A program made the position numbers and the translations under genes. Below the pieces are notes generated by a model that was not told where the DNA came from, did not search any database, and saw only the letters and a list, made by a program, of their open reading frames with translations. Source: Candidatus Aphodoplasma sp. (GTDB lineage: Bacteria; Bacillota; Clostridia; UBA1381; UMGS1253). From it: a DNA stretch of 64,000 nt. The stretch spans positions 18,526 through 82,525 of the forward strand of contig JAZUQZ010000003.1 of the NCBI GenBank assembly GCA_045626925.1, written 5' to 3'. Positions 20,262 to 31,444 of the stretch are shown here, one piece after another; the first letter of the stretch is position 1, and each line of letters starts with the position of its first letter.

Positions 20262-21167
20262 ATGGGTTTTTTTGATAAGCTTAAAAATGGACTTGAAAAA
20301 ACGCGCAGTGCATTTTCAGAAAAGGTGAACAATGTTTTTGCGGCTTTTACAAAAGTGGATGAGGAGCTTTTTGAAGAGCTTGAGGAGGCGCTTATAACGG
20401 CAGATGTCGGGATGGAAACCTCGATGTATATAATAGATTGTTTGCGTGATATTGTAAAGCGCGAGCATATTAAAGAAAGCGAAGAAGTAAGACAAAAGCT
20501 TCGTGATATAATATGTGACATATTAAAGCAGAGCTTTGATGAATTGTCTATTGATAAAACCCCGGCCATAATACTTATTATAGGTGTAAATGGCGTCGGC
20601 AAAACTACCACAATAGGAAAGCTTGCAGCATATTATAAGGCCGAGGGCAAGCGTGTGATGCTTGCAGCGGCTGATACATTTCGTGCGGCGGCTATTGACC
20701 AATTGCAAATTTGGGCAGACAGAAGTGAATGTGAACTTATAAAACGCGACGAAGGCTCGGACCCGAGCTCAGTTGTATTTGATGCAATAGGCGCAGCAAA
20801 ATCGCGCGGTGTTGATGTGTTGATATGTGATACGGCGGGGCGTCTTCATAATAAGAAAAATCTTATGGAGGAGCTTGGTAAAATCAATAGAATTATTGAA
20901 CGCGAGGCGCCAAATTCGTCAAAACATGTCTTTCTTGTTTTAGACGCTACAACGGGACAAAATGCAATAAGTCAGGCAAAACTGTTTGGTGAGACGGCAG
21001 ATATTGATGGCATTGTGCTTACAAAGCTTGATGGAACAGCAAAGGGCGGAGTTGTTATAGGAATATGCCGCGAACAAAATATCCCTGTAAGATTTGTGGG
21101 AGTGGGCGAAGGCATTGATGATCTGCAGCCATTTGATGCATCCGATTTTGTTGATGCATTGTTTTAA
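20262..21167 (+). CDS. ftsY: Signal recognition particle receptor
   Basis: GVNGVGKTTT, DTAGR and TKLDGTAKGG SRP-GTPase motifs; follows smc. Confidence 0.95.
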   Translation: MGFFDKLKNGLEKTRSAFSEKVNNVFAAFTKVDEELFEELEEALITADVGMETSMYIIDCLRDIVKREHIKESEEVRQKLRDIICDILKQSFDELSIDKTPAIILIIGVNGVGKTTTIGKLAAYYKAEGKRVMLAAADTFRAAAIDQLQIWADRSECELIKRDEGSDPSSVVFDAIGAAKSRGVDVLICDTAGRLHNKKNLMEELGKINRIIEREAPNSSKHVFLVLDATTGQNAISQAKLFGETADIDGIVLTKLDGTAKGGVVIGICREQNIPVRFVGVGEGIDDLQPFDASDFVDALF

Positions 21168-21205
21168 ATACAGCGCACAGGCGCGTTTGAAAGGTGGTAA
21201 CAAAT

Positions 21206-24007
21206 ATGGCATTTGAAAGTGCGGATTTTAAAAATGCAAAAGAAGTACGCACAAAAAAGAGTAAAGCGTCAAAAGCTTTTATTTGGCTTTTATCTGCGGT
21301 GGTGCTGACCTTTATTGTAGGTTTTATCATGTCGATTGTGATAAATTATATAGAGATAAAGGAAATCGGCGCAAATTATGTTGATACATTTTTTATAAAT
21401 ATAAAGGTTCGTTTTATAGCGCAAACAGTGAGCTTTTTTATAGTATTTATCGTGTTTATGATAAACAATCTTGTGCTCAGAGGCATTCTCAAAAAAGAAA
21501 ACGATGACCTTTCGTTTGTATCAAAAATCTGGCCGATGATGATTTTGACATTTGTTATAGCTCTTATTGCAAGCTCATTTATAAGCGACAATGTATACAG
21601 CCGCTTTTTAGCGTTTGCAAATTCGACCGCCTTTAATAAAGTTGACCCTGTATTTATGCAGGATATTGGGTATTATTTATTTATCAGACCATTTATGACA
21701 TCTCTTATTGACAGTATAAAGGTTATTTTAATTATTCAAACGATTTATACTGCCGCTATATATGCATTTTTAAATATGCGAAACGGCATCGATAATTTTG
21801 GTGACATTTTTAAAAACAAAAGTGCGATTACGCACAATATTGTAAATGTATTGCTTGTATTTATAAGCATTGCGATGACTTTTAAATATAACGCAGAGGA
21901 GATTTTGTTTGGCAGTTTTGGGACGCTTGCCGGTGCAGGCTACACCGATATTCATGTGTGGGCTAAATATTACTTTTTTGCGCCATACTTACTTTTGGCG
22001 GTTGTGATTGCAACGATGTTCTTCCTTTTAAGAGGAAAAATAAAAGCCGGCATAATGAGTGTGTTTGTTTTCCCTGCTGCATGGATACTTACAGGATTGA
22101 TTGCGCTTGGGGTGCAGACTTTTGTCGTTGCACCAAATGATGTTGCAGTTGAGGCGGCAAACATTGCAAACAATATTTATATGACGCGTGATGCGTATGG
22201 GCTTGATAAAATAATTGAAGAAGAGTTTTCGATTGATAACACACTAAATAAAACGGACATCGAGCAAAACAGAGAAACGGTCAACAACATAAGAATTATT
22301 GATTATAATGCAAATGTTACGGCGATGAACAAGCTTCAGGGTATAAAACCATACTATACATTTAAAAGCTCGGACATAGTTTCTTACGATATAGGCGGCA
22401 AGCCTGCGCCGGTTGCAATTGGCGCGCGTGAGCTTGATACGGAAAAGCTTGCATCGGAGGCGAGTGACACCTATCTTAATAAAACATACAAATATACACA
22501 TGGTTATGGTATAGCGATGAACCTTATGAATACTGCTACAAAAGAGGGCCAGCCACAGTTTATAGTGCGTGATATTCCTGTCGTATCAGATGAGGGAGTG
22601 GTGGCTATTACACAACCACGCATTTATTATGGGGAGTTTACAAACAATCATGTTATTGTAAACACAAAGCTTAAGGAAATTGATTATTCTGAAGGGCAAA
22701 CAAATGTTGAGTTTTCCTATGACGGAAGTGGGGGCGTGGAGCTTAATTGGTTCAACAAGCTTTTGTTTTCTGTTTTAAAAGGCGATTATAAAATGCTTGT
22801 ATCAAATCAAATTACATCTGAAAGCAAGATTTTGGCAAACAGAAATGTTGTTGCGCGCACACAAAAGGTAGCACCGTTTTTAGAATATGATGAAAACCCA
22901 TATTTGTTAGTTGATGATAGTGGAAAGCTAAAGTGGATAATTGATGCGTATACGACATCGGAGTACTATCCGTATTCGCAAAAATATGGTGAGTACAATT
23001 ATGTAAGAAATAGCATAAAGGTTGTTGTTGATGCATATGACGGAAGTGTAAAGTTTTATATCGTAGACGAAAATGACCCTATTGCTATGACATATAAGAA
23101 AATTTATCCTAATATGTTTGTAAATGAGCCGTTGCCTGATGATTTGAAGCGACACATACGCTATCCTGAAAAGCTATTTAAAATCCAGGCAGAGATGTAT
23201 AAGCAATATCACATAACAGACGCACATGTGTTTTATAACAAAAGCGATATTTGGGATATTGCAAAGGAAAAATATGCTAAAAATGAGAGCCAGTATATTG
23301 AGCCATATTATAACATGATGAAGATTAAGGGCTTTGATGAAAAGGGCGAAAGTCTGCTTTTGACGATGCCTTTTACAATTCAAAACAAAGATTATATTAG
23401 CAGCTGGCTTGCTGCCGGCTCGGATGATAAATATTATGGCAAGCTTGTGCTTTATCGATTCAAAAATGCTGAAAAAAATTCGTATGGAACAATGCAAATG
23501 GAAAACAGAATTGATAATGACCCGACAATATCAAGCCAAATGACGCTTTGGGGCCAGGGTGGTTCATCAGTTGTGCGTGGCAATATGATAGTGATACCGA
23601 TAAAAGATTCACTTTTATATGTTGAGCCGGTATATATCACAACTCAAAATGCTGCATCATTTCCTGAATTAAAGCGCGTTATTGTAGCGTATAAAGAAAA
23701 AATAGTTATGGAGAGTACACTCGAGGAATGCTTTAACAAGCTTTTTGAAAATGGTGTTTCTGATGTGCCGCCTGTGATGGATATTCCACAAGATGAGAAC
23801 AATATCCTAAAGCCGCCTTCGACTGATGTTTATGAGGGAGACGAGGATGCAGGCGCGATTTTGAAAAATATTGTTGATTTGTATGAACAGTATAAAAAGT
23901 TTAATGCTGCAAACGATTATGAGAATGCCGGCAAGGTGATGCGTGATATTGATGCGTATCTTGAGCGCGCAGACGCTTTGCTTAACGGTAAAAAGTCTAT
24001 AAATTAG
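21206..24007 (+). CDS. UPF0182-family large membrane protein
   Basis: ~930 aa. N-terminal ~300 aa has multiple TM helices, followed by a large soluble region. Architecture and recalled motifs fit UPF0182 (COG1615). Start at ATG 21206 after AAAGGTGG. Confidence 0.6.
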   Translation: MAFESADFKNAKEVRTKKSKASKAFIWLLSAVVLTFIVGFIMSIVINYIEIKEIGANYVDTFFINIKVRFIAQTVSFFIVFIVFMINNLVLRGILKKENDDLSFVSKIWPMMILTFVIALIASSFISDNVYSRFLAFANSTAFNKVDPVFMQDIGYYLFIRPFMTSLIDSIKVILIIQTIYTAAIYAFLNMRNGIDNFGDIFKNKSAITHNIVNVLLVFISIAMTFKYNAEEILFGSFGTLAGAGYTDIHVWAKYYFFAPYLLLAVVIATMFFLLRGKIKAGIMSVFVFPAAWILTGLIALGVQTFVVAPNDVAVEAANIANNIYMTRDAYGLDKIIEEEFSIDNTLNKTDIEQNRETVNNIRIIDYNANVTAMNKLQGIKPYYTFKSSDIVSYDIGGKPAPVAIGARELDTEKLASEASDTYLNKTYKYTHGYGIAMNLMNTATKEGQPQFIVRDIPVVSDEGVVAITQPRIYYGEFTNNHVIVNTKLKEIDYSEGQTNVEFSYDGSGGVELNWFNKLLFSVLKGDYKMLVSNQITSESKILANRNVVARTQKVAPFLEYDENPYLLVDDSGKLKWIIDAYTTSEYYPYSQKYGEYNYVRNSIKVVVDAYDGSVKFYIVDENDPIAMTYKKIYPNMFVNEPLPDDLKRHIRYPEKLFKIQAEMYKQYHITDAHVFYNKSDIWDIAKEKYAKNESQYIEPYYNMMKIKGFDEKGESLLLTMPFTIQNKDYISSWLAAGSDDKYYGKLVLYRFKNAEKNSYGTMQMENRIDNDPTISSQMTLWGQGGSSVVRGNMIVIPIKDSLLYVEPVYITTQNAASFPELKRVIVAYKEKIVMESTLEECFNKLFENGVSDVPPVMDIPQDENNILKPPSTDVYEGDEDAGAILKNIVDLYEQYKKFNAANDYENAGKVMRDIDAYLERADALLNGKKSIN

Positions 24008-24056
24008 TAGTGCGTTGAGTAAAACATTTTTTGTTATTTAGTAAAAATGAATAAAA

Positions 24057-24090
24057 AGAGACAATTCGATACAGAATTGCCTCTTTTTTT
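24057..24090 (+). terminator. Intrinsic terminator after the UPF0182 gene
   Basis: AGAGACAATTC (24057-24067) / GAATTGCCTCT (24074-24084), one mismatch, plus a T run (24085-24090). Confidence 0.7.
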
Positions 24091-24101
24091 ATCCTTAATG
24101 C

Positions 24102-24130
24102 TTTACAAATTCCATTTTTTTGTTTATAAT
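24102..24130 (+). promoter_or_regulatory. Sigma-A type promoter of ilvE
   Basis: TTTACA (24102-24107), 17-nt spacer, TATAAT (24125-24130). Confidence 0.6.
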
Positions 24131-24188
24131 GATAAAAGTGGCGTTTTATAATCGATAAGTTTTTTATAAATTAAGGAAAAGAAAGGAA

Positions 24189-25262
24189 ATGAAGAAAATG
24201 AATATCTCAATTACAAGAACAACAAATCCAAAGCAAAAACCGGCAGCGGATGAAGCGCTCGGTTTTGGTAAAATTGCTACGGACCATATGTTTGTTATGA
24301 ATTATACAGAGGGCAAAGGCTGGCATGACGCACGAATTATACCTTATCAAAACTTATCCCTTGCACCTTCTGCAATGGTGTTCCACTATGGTCAGGAGAT
24401 GTTTGAAGGACTTAAGGCATACAAGGGCGTCGATGAAAAGGTCAGACTTTTTAGACCTGATATGAATGCAAAGCGTGCAAATGCATCAAATGAGAGATTG
24501 TGCATACCGCAAATTCCTGAGGAGGACTTTGTTGAGGCTGTAAAGGCAATCGTAAAGGTTGATGAGTCCTGGATTCCGTCAAAGGACGGCGAGTCGCTTT
24601 ACATCAGACCGTTTGTAATTGCAACAGATGAGTTTTTGGGCGTTGCACCGTCAAAGACATATTTGTTTATTATAATTCTTTCACCAAGTGGCGCATATTA
24701 TGAAAGTGGACTTGCTCCGGTTGGTATTTGGATTGAGGATGATTATGTAAGAGCCGTAAAAGGCGGTATGGGTTATGCAAAAACAGGTGGAAACTATGCT
24801 GCAAGCCTTGCTGCACAGGTTAAGGCGCACGATGATGGATATTCCCAGGTGCTCTGGCTTGATGGTGTTGAGAGAAAGTATATTGAAGAAGTTGGAGCGA
24901 TGAACATCTTCTTTAAAATAGATGGAAAGATTGTAACTCCGATGCTTAATGGTAGCATACTTCCAGGTATTACGCGCAATTCGGTAATAAATGTGTGCAA
25001 GAGCCTTGGATATGAGGTTGAAGAGAGAAAAATTTCTGTTGACGAGCTTATTGACGCACAAAAGCGCGGTTCACTTGAGGAATGTTTTGGCACAGGCACC
25101 GCTGCGGTTATTTCGCCTGTTGGAAAATTGCGTTTTAAAGATGATGTAATGACAATCAACAATAACGAAATTGGACCTGTAAGCCAAAAGCTCTATGATA
25201 CGATTACAGGAATCCAGTGGGGTAAATGTGAGGATGCATTCGGCTGGACTATTATACTATAA
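24189..25262 (+). CDS. ilvE: Branched-chain amino acid aminotransferase
   Basis: Fold-type IV aminotransferase pattern (YIRPF, EVGAMNIFF, LPGITR), 357 aa. Confidence 0.9.
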   Translation: MKKMNISITRTTNPKQKPAADEALGFGKIATDHMFVMNYTEGKGWHDARIIPYQNLSLAPSAMVFHYGQEMFEGLKAYKGVDEKVRLFRPDMNAKRANASNERLCIPQIPEEDFVEAVKAIVKVDESWIPSKDGESLYIRPFVIATDEFLGVAPSKTYLFIIILSPSGAYYESGLAPVGIWIEDDYVRAVKGGMGYAKTGGNYAASLAAQVKAHDDGYSQVLWLDGVERKYIEEVGAMNIFFKIDGKIVTPMLNGSILPGITRNSVINVCKSLGYEVEERKISVDELIDAQKRGSLEECFGTGTAAVISPVGKLRFKDDVMTINNNEIGPVSQKLYDTITGIQWGKCEDAFGWTIIL

Positions 25263-25321
25263 GACGAAGTGCTTTGCAAAGACTATATAGCTAAAGCATA
25301 AAAATATGGAGGATGATTTTA

Positions 25322-26713
25322 GTGAACAATACAGAAAAGACAATGGAGAAGATTGTTGCGCTTTGTAAAAGCAGAGGCTTTGTATATCCGGGATCGGAAA
25401 TATATGGTGGCCTTGCAAACTCGTGGGATTATGGGCCTTTGGGTGTTGAGTTTAAAAACAATGTAAAGCGCGCATGGTGGAAAAAGTTTATCCAGGAATC
25501 TCCATATAATGTAGGTCTTGATGCTGCAATTATAATGAACCCGCGCACATGGGTTGCATCGGGACATGTTGGTGGATTTTCGGACCCGCTTATGGACTGT
25601 AAAGAGTGCAAGGCGCGTTTTCGTGCTGACCAGCTTATCGAGGATTTTATGAAGGCAAAGGGTGAGAGCATAAGCGTTGATGGTTGGAGCAATGAAAAAA
25701 TGCTAGAATTTATAAATGAAAACGGCGTTGTATGCCCCGAATGTGGCAAGAAAAACTTTACCGATATTCGCAAGTTTAACCTGATGTTTAAAACCTTCCA
25801 GGGCGTTACAGAAGATGCCCAGTCAGAGCTTTTCTTGCGTCCGGAAACAGCACAGGGTATATTTGTAAACTTTAAAAATGTTGCGCGCACATCGCGCAAG
25901 AAGATTCCTTTTGGAATCGGCCAGGTGGGCAAATCCTTCCGTAACGAAATTACACCGGGAAACTTTGTGTTCAGAACACGCGAATTTGAACAAATGGAGC
26001 TCGAGTTCTTCTGCAAACCGGGAACAGACCTTGAATGGTTTGAATATTGGAAAAAGTACTGTATGGATTTCTTGCTTTCGCTTGGACTTCGTGAAGAAAA
26101 CATTCGTTTCCGCGACCACGAAAAAGAGGAGCTTTCGCACTATTCAAATGCAACGACAGATATTGAGTTTGTGTTCCCATTTGGATGGGGTGAGCTTTGG
26201 GGCATAGCTGACAGGACAGATTTTGACCTAAAACAACACGCTGAGCATTCGGGCGAGTCGATGGAATATCTTGACCCGACAACAAATGAAAAATATATTC
26301 CGTATTGTATAGAGCCTTCACTTGGTGCAGACAGAGTCGCGCTTGCATTTTTAGTTGATGCATATGATGAGGAAGCGCTTGAGGGCGATGATATGAGAGT
26401 TGTGCTTCATTTGCATCCGGCACTTGCACCTATAAAGGCGGCGATTTTACCGCTTTCGAAGAAGCTTTCAGAAAGTGCTCAAAAAGTGTTTGATATGCTT
26501 TCGAAAAAATATCGTATCGAGTTTGATGAAACGGGTTCAATTGGCAAGCGTTATCGTAGACAAGATGAAATTGGAACACCATTTTGTATCACTTATGACT
26601 TTGAAAGTGAAGAGGATGGTTGTGTAACAGTTCGTGAGCGTGACAGCATGGAGCAAATTCGTATGCCTATTGCAGAGCTTGATAAGTATTTGGAAGAAAA
26701 GCTGGAATTTTAA
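25322..26713 (+). CDS. glyQS: Glycyl-tRNA synthetase (homodimeric GlyQS type)
   Basis: Class II motifs ([18 protein letters not shown]); anticodon-binding C-terminus. GTG 25322 is best spaced from GGAGGA (25308-25313). ATG 25313 and ATG 25343 are alternatives. Confidence 0.9.
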   Translation: MNNTEKTMEKIVALCKSRGFVYPGSEIYGGLANSWDYGPLGVEFKNNVKRAWWKKFIQESPYNVGLDAAIIMNPRTWVASGHVGGFSDPLMDCKECKARFRADQLIEDFMKAKGESISVDGWSNEKMLEFINENGVVCPECGKKNFTDIRKFNLMFKTFQGVTEDAQSELFLRPETAQGIFVNFKNVARTSRKKIPFGIGQVGKSFRNEITPGNFVFRTREFEQMELEFFCKPGTDLEWFEYWKKYCMDFLLSLGLREENIRFRDHEKEELSHYSNATTDIEFVFPFGWGELWGIADRTDFDLKQHAEHSGESMEYLDPTTNEKYIPYCIEPSLGADRVALAFLVDAYDEEALEGDDMRVVLHLHPALAPIKAAILPLSKKLSESAQKVFDMLSKKYRIEFDETGSIGKRYRRQDEIGTPFCITYDFESEEDGCVTVRERDSMEQIRMPIAELDKYLEEKLEF

Positions 26714-26772
26714 TTGCCACAATGTAGATAATTTTTAAATACTATATAATTTCTATGAGGAGGAACAGAAAA

Positions 26773-28044
26773 ATGAAAGCAAAAAGTGTAACATTTTTAG
26801 TGCTGACATTGATTTTAGTTGCAGCGATAACATTTTTATCGCTATTTGGCGTAAATCTTTTTGGCAAACAGTATTACACAGGTATTTTACAAGAGGGCGG
26901 TCTTAATCAGGGCATAGACCTTGCAGGAGGTTCGACGATTACTTTTGAGGCAGATAAGGTTGATGTAACGCAAGAAGAGATGGATTCGGTTGAGGCAGTT
27001 ATGCGGGCGCGTCTTGCCGGCGAAGGTTATACCGAGGCAAGAGTTAGCAGAAGCCAATCTACACCAAACAGAATCCGTGTTGAAATTCCATCAATTACAG
27101 ATACAGATGAGGCTATAAAGCTTCTCGGTTCAACAGCAAAGCTTGCATTTGCTGATATGGATGGCAATGTTGTAATGGAAGGTGCCGATGTAAAGAGCGC
27201 TTCTTATAAATTTGGTCCTGTTAATGAACAAGGCACATCTGTGCATTATGTAGAGCTAAACCTTCAGCAGTCCGGCGTTGAAAAGTTTTCACAGGCTACT
27301 GAAAATGCAGCATCATTAAAGGCGGAGCAAAAGAATTATATCGCTATTATGATAGATGATACAATCATTTCTGCTCCGATGGTCGATGAAAAGATTAACA
27401 CAGATACATGTATAATCTCGGGTTCGTTTGACCAGGAATCTGCATCGATGCTTGCAAACCAAATTAAGTCAGGACAGCTTCCTGTTTCGCTTACAGCAAT
27501 TGAAAGCAGTACAGTTGGTGCAGAGCTTGGTGAGAATGCATTGTCCTCAAGTCTTTGGGCAGCACTAATAGGTATTATACTTATTATGCTATTTATGATT
27601 ATATTCTATCGTTTGCCGGGCTTGGTAGCTGATATTGCACTTGTTGGTTATATTGGCGTATTCTGCTTTATTATAGGGGCATTCAAGATAAACCTTAGTC
27701 TTTCGGGAATAGCGGGTATAGTTCTTTCGATAGGTATGGCGGTTGATGCAAATGTAATTATCTTTGAGAGAATAAAAGAAGAAATCAGAAGCGGCAAAAC
27801 AATTCGCGCATCTGTTGATGCAGGCTTCCATAGAGCGCTTAGTGCTATTATGGACGGCAACATTACAACACTTATTGCGGCAGTTGTATTGTGGATGTCG
27901 GGCGTTGCAACGGTTCAGGGCTTTGCAATTACACTATTCATTGGTGTTGTGTTGTCAATGCTTTCAGCAATTACACTTACAAAATTCTTGCTTAAGCAGA
28001 TTATTGGTTTGAATGTAAAGAATACAAAGCTTTATGGTGCATAA
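26773..28044 (+). CDS. secD: Protein translocase subunit SecD
   Basis: N-terminal TM, large periplasmic-type domain, C-terminal 5-TM block with GIVLSIGMAVDANVIIFERIKEE. Confidence 0.9.
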   Translation: MKAKSVTFLVLTLILVAAITFLSLFGVNLFGKQYYTGILQEGGLNQGIDLAGGSTITFEADKVDVTQEEMDSVEAVMRARLAGEGYTEARVSRSQSTPNRIRVEIPSITDTDEAIKLLGSTAKLAFADMDGNVVMEGADVKSASYKFGPVNEQGTSVHYVELNLQQSGVEKFSQATENAASLKAEQKNYIAIMIDDTIISAPMVDEKINTDTCIISGSFDQESASMLANQIKSGQLPVSLTAIESSTVGAELGENALSSSLWAALIGIILIMLFMIIFYRLPGLVADIALVGYIGVFCFIIGAFKINLSLSGIAGIVLSIGMAVDANVIIFERIKEEIRSGKTIRASVDAGFHRALSAIMDGNITTLIAAVVLWMSGVATVQGFAITLFIGVVLSMLSAITLTKFLLKQIIGLNVKNTKLYGA

Positions 28045-28061
28045 GAAAGGGAGGAATAAAA

Positions 28062-28970
28062 ATGTTTAGTGTTACAAAAAATAAAGTTTGGCTGTTGTTA
28101 CTTCCTATTGCACTTATTGTTGCAGGTATAATAGGACTTTTGGTAAACGGCGGCTTCAAAGAGGATATTGATTTTGCAGGCGGTACATCGGTACAGCTTG
28201 ATATGGGCAGAACGATTTCAAGCGCAGAACGCGAAGAAGTTTCAAAACTTTATGCCGAGGCGGCAGCACTTGAGGTAAAACCTATTGTTCAGATAACGGG
28301 TCAGGCTTTTGACCAGATTATCATTAAATCAACAAAAATCAATGAAGAACAAAGAAATCTTGCATTTACTGCAATTAAAGAAAGATTTGCACTTGAGGAT
28401 AGCGCACTTTTGAGTACAGCAAGTCAGGAAGCAAGTTATGGTAACGAGATGAAACGCAATACGCTACTATATTCGTTTATTGCTGCAATATTGATGCTTA
28501 TATACATTTCTATTCGTTTTGAGTGGAAAAAGGCTATTATGGCCGTTGTTGCGCTTATCATAAATGTAGCTGTAATGCTTTCTGTATATGCTCTATTCAA
28601 GATTCCGCTTTCAACAACATTTATTGCAGCTATCTTGACTGTTTTGGGATATTCGATTAACGATACGATTGTTATTTTTGACAGAATAAGAGAAAATACA
28701 AAGCATGCAAAGAGAGAGTCAGCAACAGAAATTACAGAAAAAAGTATTTGGCAGAGTATTCATCGTACAATCAACACATCAATTACAACACTTATCACTA
28801 TTATAGCTCTTTATTTTATGGGAGCTACAGCAATTAAAGATTTTGCATTTCCTATTATAATTGGTGTTATTAGCGGGTCATACACATCGATTTTTGTTGC
28901 AAGTCCGTGGTGGGCAGCATGGAGTGATGTAAATTATAAGGCTCCAAAAACGAAAAAGGCAAATGCATAA
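28062..28970 (+). CDS. secF: Protein translocase subunit SecF
   Basis: GYSINDTIVIFDRIREN motif and 6-TM topology, directly after secD. Confidence 0.9.
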   Translation: MFSVTKNKVWLLLLPIALIVAGIIGLLVNGGFKEDIDFAGGTSVQLDMGRTISSAEREEVSKLYAEAAALEVKPIVQITGQAFDQIIIKSTKINEEQRNLAFTAIKERFALEDSALLSTASQEASYGNEMKRNTLLYSFIAAILMLIYISIRFEWKKAIMAVVALIINVAVMLSVYALFKIPLSTTFIAAILTVLGYSINDTIVIFDRIRENTKHAKRESATEITEKSIWQSIHRTINTSITTLITIIALYFMGATAIKDFAFPIIIGVISGSYTSIFVASPWWAAWSDVNYKAPKTKKANA

Positions 28971-28986
28971 TATATTATGATAATTA

Positions 28987-29021
28987 AAGAGCGGCTTTGG
29001 TTTTTAAGGCTGCTCTTTTTT
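28987..29021 (+). terminator. Intrinsic terminator after secF
   Basis: 12-bp stem 28987-28998 / 29006-29017 (two G-U pairs), followed by a T-run. Confidence 0.75.
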
Positions 29022-29298
29022 GTGCCCGAAAAACAAAAGCGTGCTTATTATAAAGCAAAAAATTAACTAAAAAAATCATACATAATACAACAAATCAATA
29101 TTATATCTAAAGGATATGTATATCTGTTTATAATCAGAAGCTTGTTTTATGTAAAAATTGCACATAAAAAATAGTAAATATTGTTTATATTTTAGGCAGG
29201 AAAAACAAATAAGAAATAGAATATTGCTAATAAGAGCTAAAATACGCTTATTAACATATTTTGTTCTGAGATAAATAGTATTAGGAGGAATGATAAGC

Positions 29299-31359
29299 AT
29301 GGGAAAGTTTAAGGCGGAGAAAATTAGAAATATTTGTTTTGCCGGACATGGAAGGTCGGGTAAAACGACACTGTGTGAGGCTATGTTATTTTATAGTGGC
29401 GGAACAGACCGCTTTGGAAGTGTTGCAGATGGTACTTCTGTTATGGACTATGACCCGGAAGAAATTAAGAGAAATTTCTCCATAAGCACAACGGTTGCTC
29501 CCGTTGAATATAAGGAATACAAAATAAATTTGATAGACACTCCCGGATATTTTGATTTTGTTGGTGGCGTATGCGAGGGTATGAAGGGCGCGGATAGCGT
29601 TGTAATAACCGTAAGTGGAAAAACGGGCGTCGGCGTTGGAACAGAGAATGTATTTCGCAGTGCAGTAAAGGCAAAAAAGCCTATTGCTATGTTTATAACA
29701 AAGCTTGAAAATGAACATTCCGATTATGACGGGATTGTTGAGCAAATTAAGAGCAAGTTTGGTTCGGCCGTTGTTCCGTTTACAATTCCGATTATGAAGG
29801 ATGGTAAGGCGTGGGGTTTTGCAGATGTAATAAGCCAAAAAGCATATAGCTATGACGGTTTCAAGGCTTCCCCTACGGATATGCCTGATGATATTGCGGC
29901 AAAGGTTTCTTCTGCGCGTGATATATTGTTTGAGCAGATTGCTGAAACAGATGAGGCACTTATGGAGAAGTATTTTGATTCGATACCATTTACTGACCAG
30001 GAGATTTGTGAAGGAATTAAAAATGGATTAAAAGAAAGCATTGTTGTGCCTGTTTTTGCGGGCGAGCTTTCGAGTGGTGCAGGTGTAAGCTTGTTTATGG
30101 ATGCAGTTATTTCATATATGCCTGCAGCTGATGAAGTTGAAACGATTTTAGCAACAGATGCAAAAACCGAAGAAATTGTTGAACTTAAAACATCAGCTTC
30201 GGAGGACCTTGTTGCTATTGTATTTAAAACCGTTGCTGACCCATATGTTGGCAAGCTTTCGATTTTCCGTGTAATTTCGGGAACAATGAAGAGTGATACA
30301 ACAGTTTATAATCCGTCAAAGGACGCAAATGAAAAAATTGGTCGTCTATACACAATAAAAGGTAAAAAGCAGATAGAAACAGACAGTGTCGAAGCGGGAG
30401 ATGTTGGTGCAGTTACAAAGCTTGCAGTTACAGCTACGGGCGACACCTTGTGCAAGGCGGGCAAAAATGTTGTTGTTGAGCCGATAGAGTATCCAGCGCC
30501 TGTGATTTCTTTGGCGGTACTTCCTGTTGCAAAGGGCGACGAGGAAAAAATTCATAGCGGTCTTGTAAAGCTTCGTGAGGAGGACCCGACATTTAAAGTA
30601 TCAAACAATCACGAAACGCACCAAATGATTATCGAGGGACAAGGCGAGCAGCACATAGATGTTATTGTTACAAAGCTTAAGACAAAATATGGTGTTGATG
30701 TAAAGCTTGAAGAGCCGATTGTACCATATCGCGAGGCTATTAAAGGCCGTGCAAAGGTTGAAGGCAAACATAAAAAGCAGTCGGGCGGTCATGGGCAATA
30801 TGGTCATGTTGTGATTGAGTTTGAGCCAGGCAGCGGCGAAGGACTTGAGTTTGCTGAAAATGTATTTGGCGGCAGTGTGCCAAAGAATTATTTCCCTGCA
30901 GTTGAAAAAGGTTTGAGCGATTGTATGGAGCATGGTGTTTTGGCAGGGTATCCGGTTGTAAGCCTTAAAGCAACGCTGTTAGATGGCTCGTACCATCCGG
31001 TAGACTCATCAGAAATGGCGTTCAAGGTTGCGGCAGGACTTGCGTTTAAAACGGGACTTGCACAAGCGAATCCAATACTTCTTGAGCCAATAGGTTATTT
31101 AAAGGTAAGTGTACCTGAGATGCTTATGGGTGATATTATAGGCGATATTAACAAGCGCCGTGGACGAATTCTTGGTATGGGCAGCGGTGAGGTTGAGGCA
31201 GAGGTTCCTGTTGCAGAGATGTTTAAGTATGCTACTGACCTTCGCTCTATGACACAGGGTAAGGGAAGCTTTTCGTTCGACTTTGTTCGCTATGAAGAAG
31301 CACCAAAAAATGTGGTAGATAAGGTAGTTCTTGACGCAAAGTCCAAACAAAGTGAATAA
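29299..31359 (+). CDS. Elongation factor G paralogue (EF-G2-like translational GTPase)
   Basis: G1 AGHGRSGKTTL (not the canonical AHIDAGKT), DTPGYFDF, TKLE; full EF-G domain II-V layout. Monocistronic, with its own terminator. Confidence 0.8.
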   Translation: MGKFKAEKIRNICFAGHGRSGKTTLCEAMLFYSGGTDRFGSVADGTSVMDYDPEEIKRNFSISTTVAPVEYKEYKINLIDTPGYFDFVGGVCEGMKGADSVVITVSGKTGVGVGTENVFRSAVKAKKPIAMFITKLENEHSDYDGIVEQIKSKFGSAVVPFTIPIMKDGKAWGFADVISQKAYSYDGFKASPTDMPDDIAAKVSSARDILFEQIAETDEALMEKYFDSIPFTDQEICEGIKNGLKESIVVPVFAGELSSGAGVSLFMDAVISYMPAADEVETILATDAKTEEIVELKTSASEDLVAIVFKTVADPYVGKLSIFRVISGTMKSDTTVYNPSKDANEKIGRLYTIKGKKQIETDSVEAGDVGAVTKLAVTATGDTLCKAGKNVVVEPIEYPAPVISLAVLPVAKGDEEKIHSGLVKLREEDPTFKVSNNHETHQMIIEGQGEQHIDVIVTKLKTKYGVDVKLEEPIVPYREAIKGRAKVEGKHKKQSGGHGQYGHVVIEFEPGSGEGLEFAENVFGGSVPKNYFPAVEKGLSDCMEHGVLAGYPVVSLKATLLDGSYHPVDSSEMAFKVAAGLAFKTGLAQANPILLEPIGYLKVSVPEMLMGDIIGDINKRRGRILGMGSGEVEAEVPVAEMFKYATDLRSMTQGKGSFSFDFVRYEEAPKNVVDKVVLDAKSKQSE

Positions 31360-31409
31360 TTTGTCGGTTTTTTTGGTAAAAATGACGAATATTTTTAGAC
31401 TAAGAAAAA

Positions 31410-31444
31410 GCCTTGTGACACAGCCTATGTGTCACAAGGCTTTT
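31410..31444 (+). terminator. Intrinsic terminator after the EF-G2 gene
   Basis: GCCTTGTGACAC (31410-31421) / GTGTCACAAGGC (31429-31440) plus TTTT. Confidence 0.8.

Noticed and set aside
25263-25342. Looked for a T-box leader upstream of glyQS (the B. subtilis paradigm)
   Set aside because: Only about 60-80 nt separate the ilvE stop from the glyQS start, which is too short for a T-box. No specifier loop or T-box sequence was seen, so glyQS is probably co-transcribed with ilvE.
29076-29300. 74-aa minus-strand ORF in the AT-rich leader of the EF-G2 gene
   Set aside because: Very AT-rich, I/L/F/Y/K-dominated, no SD, and it overlaps the EF-G2 SD/start. Judged to be a chance ORF.
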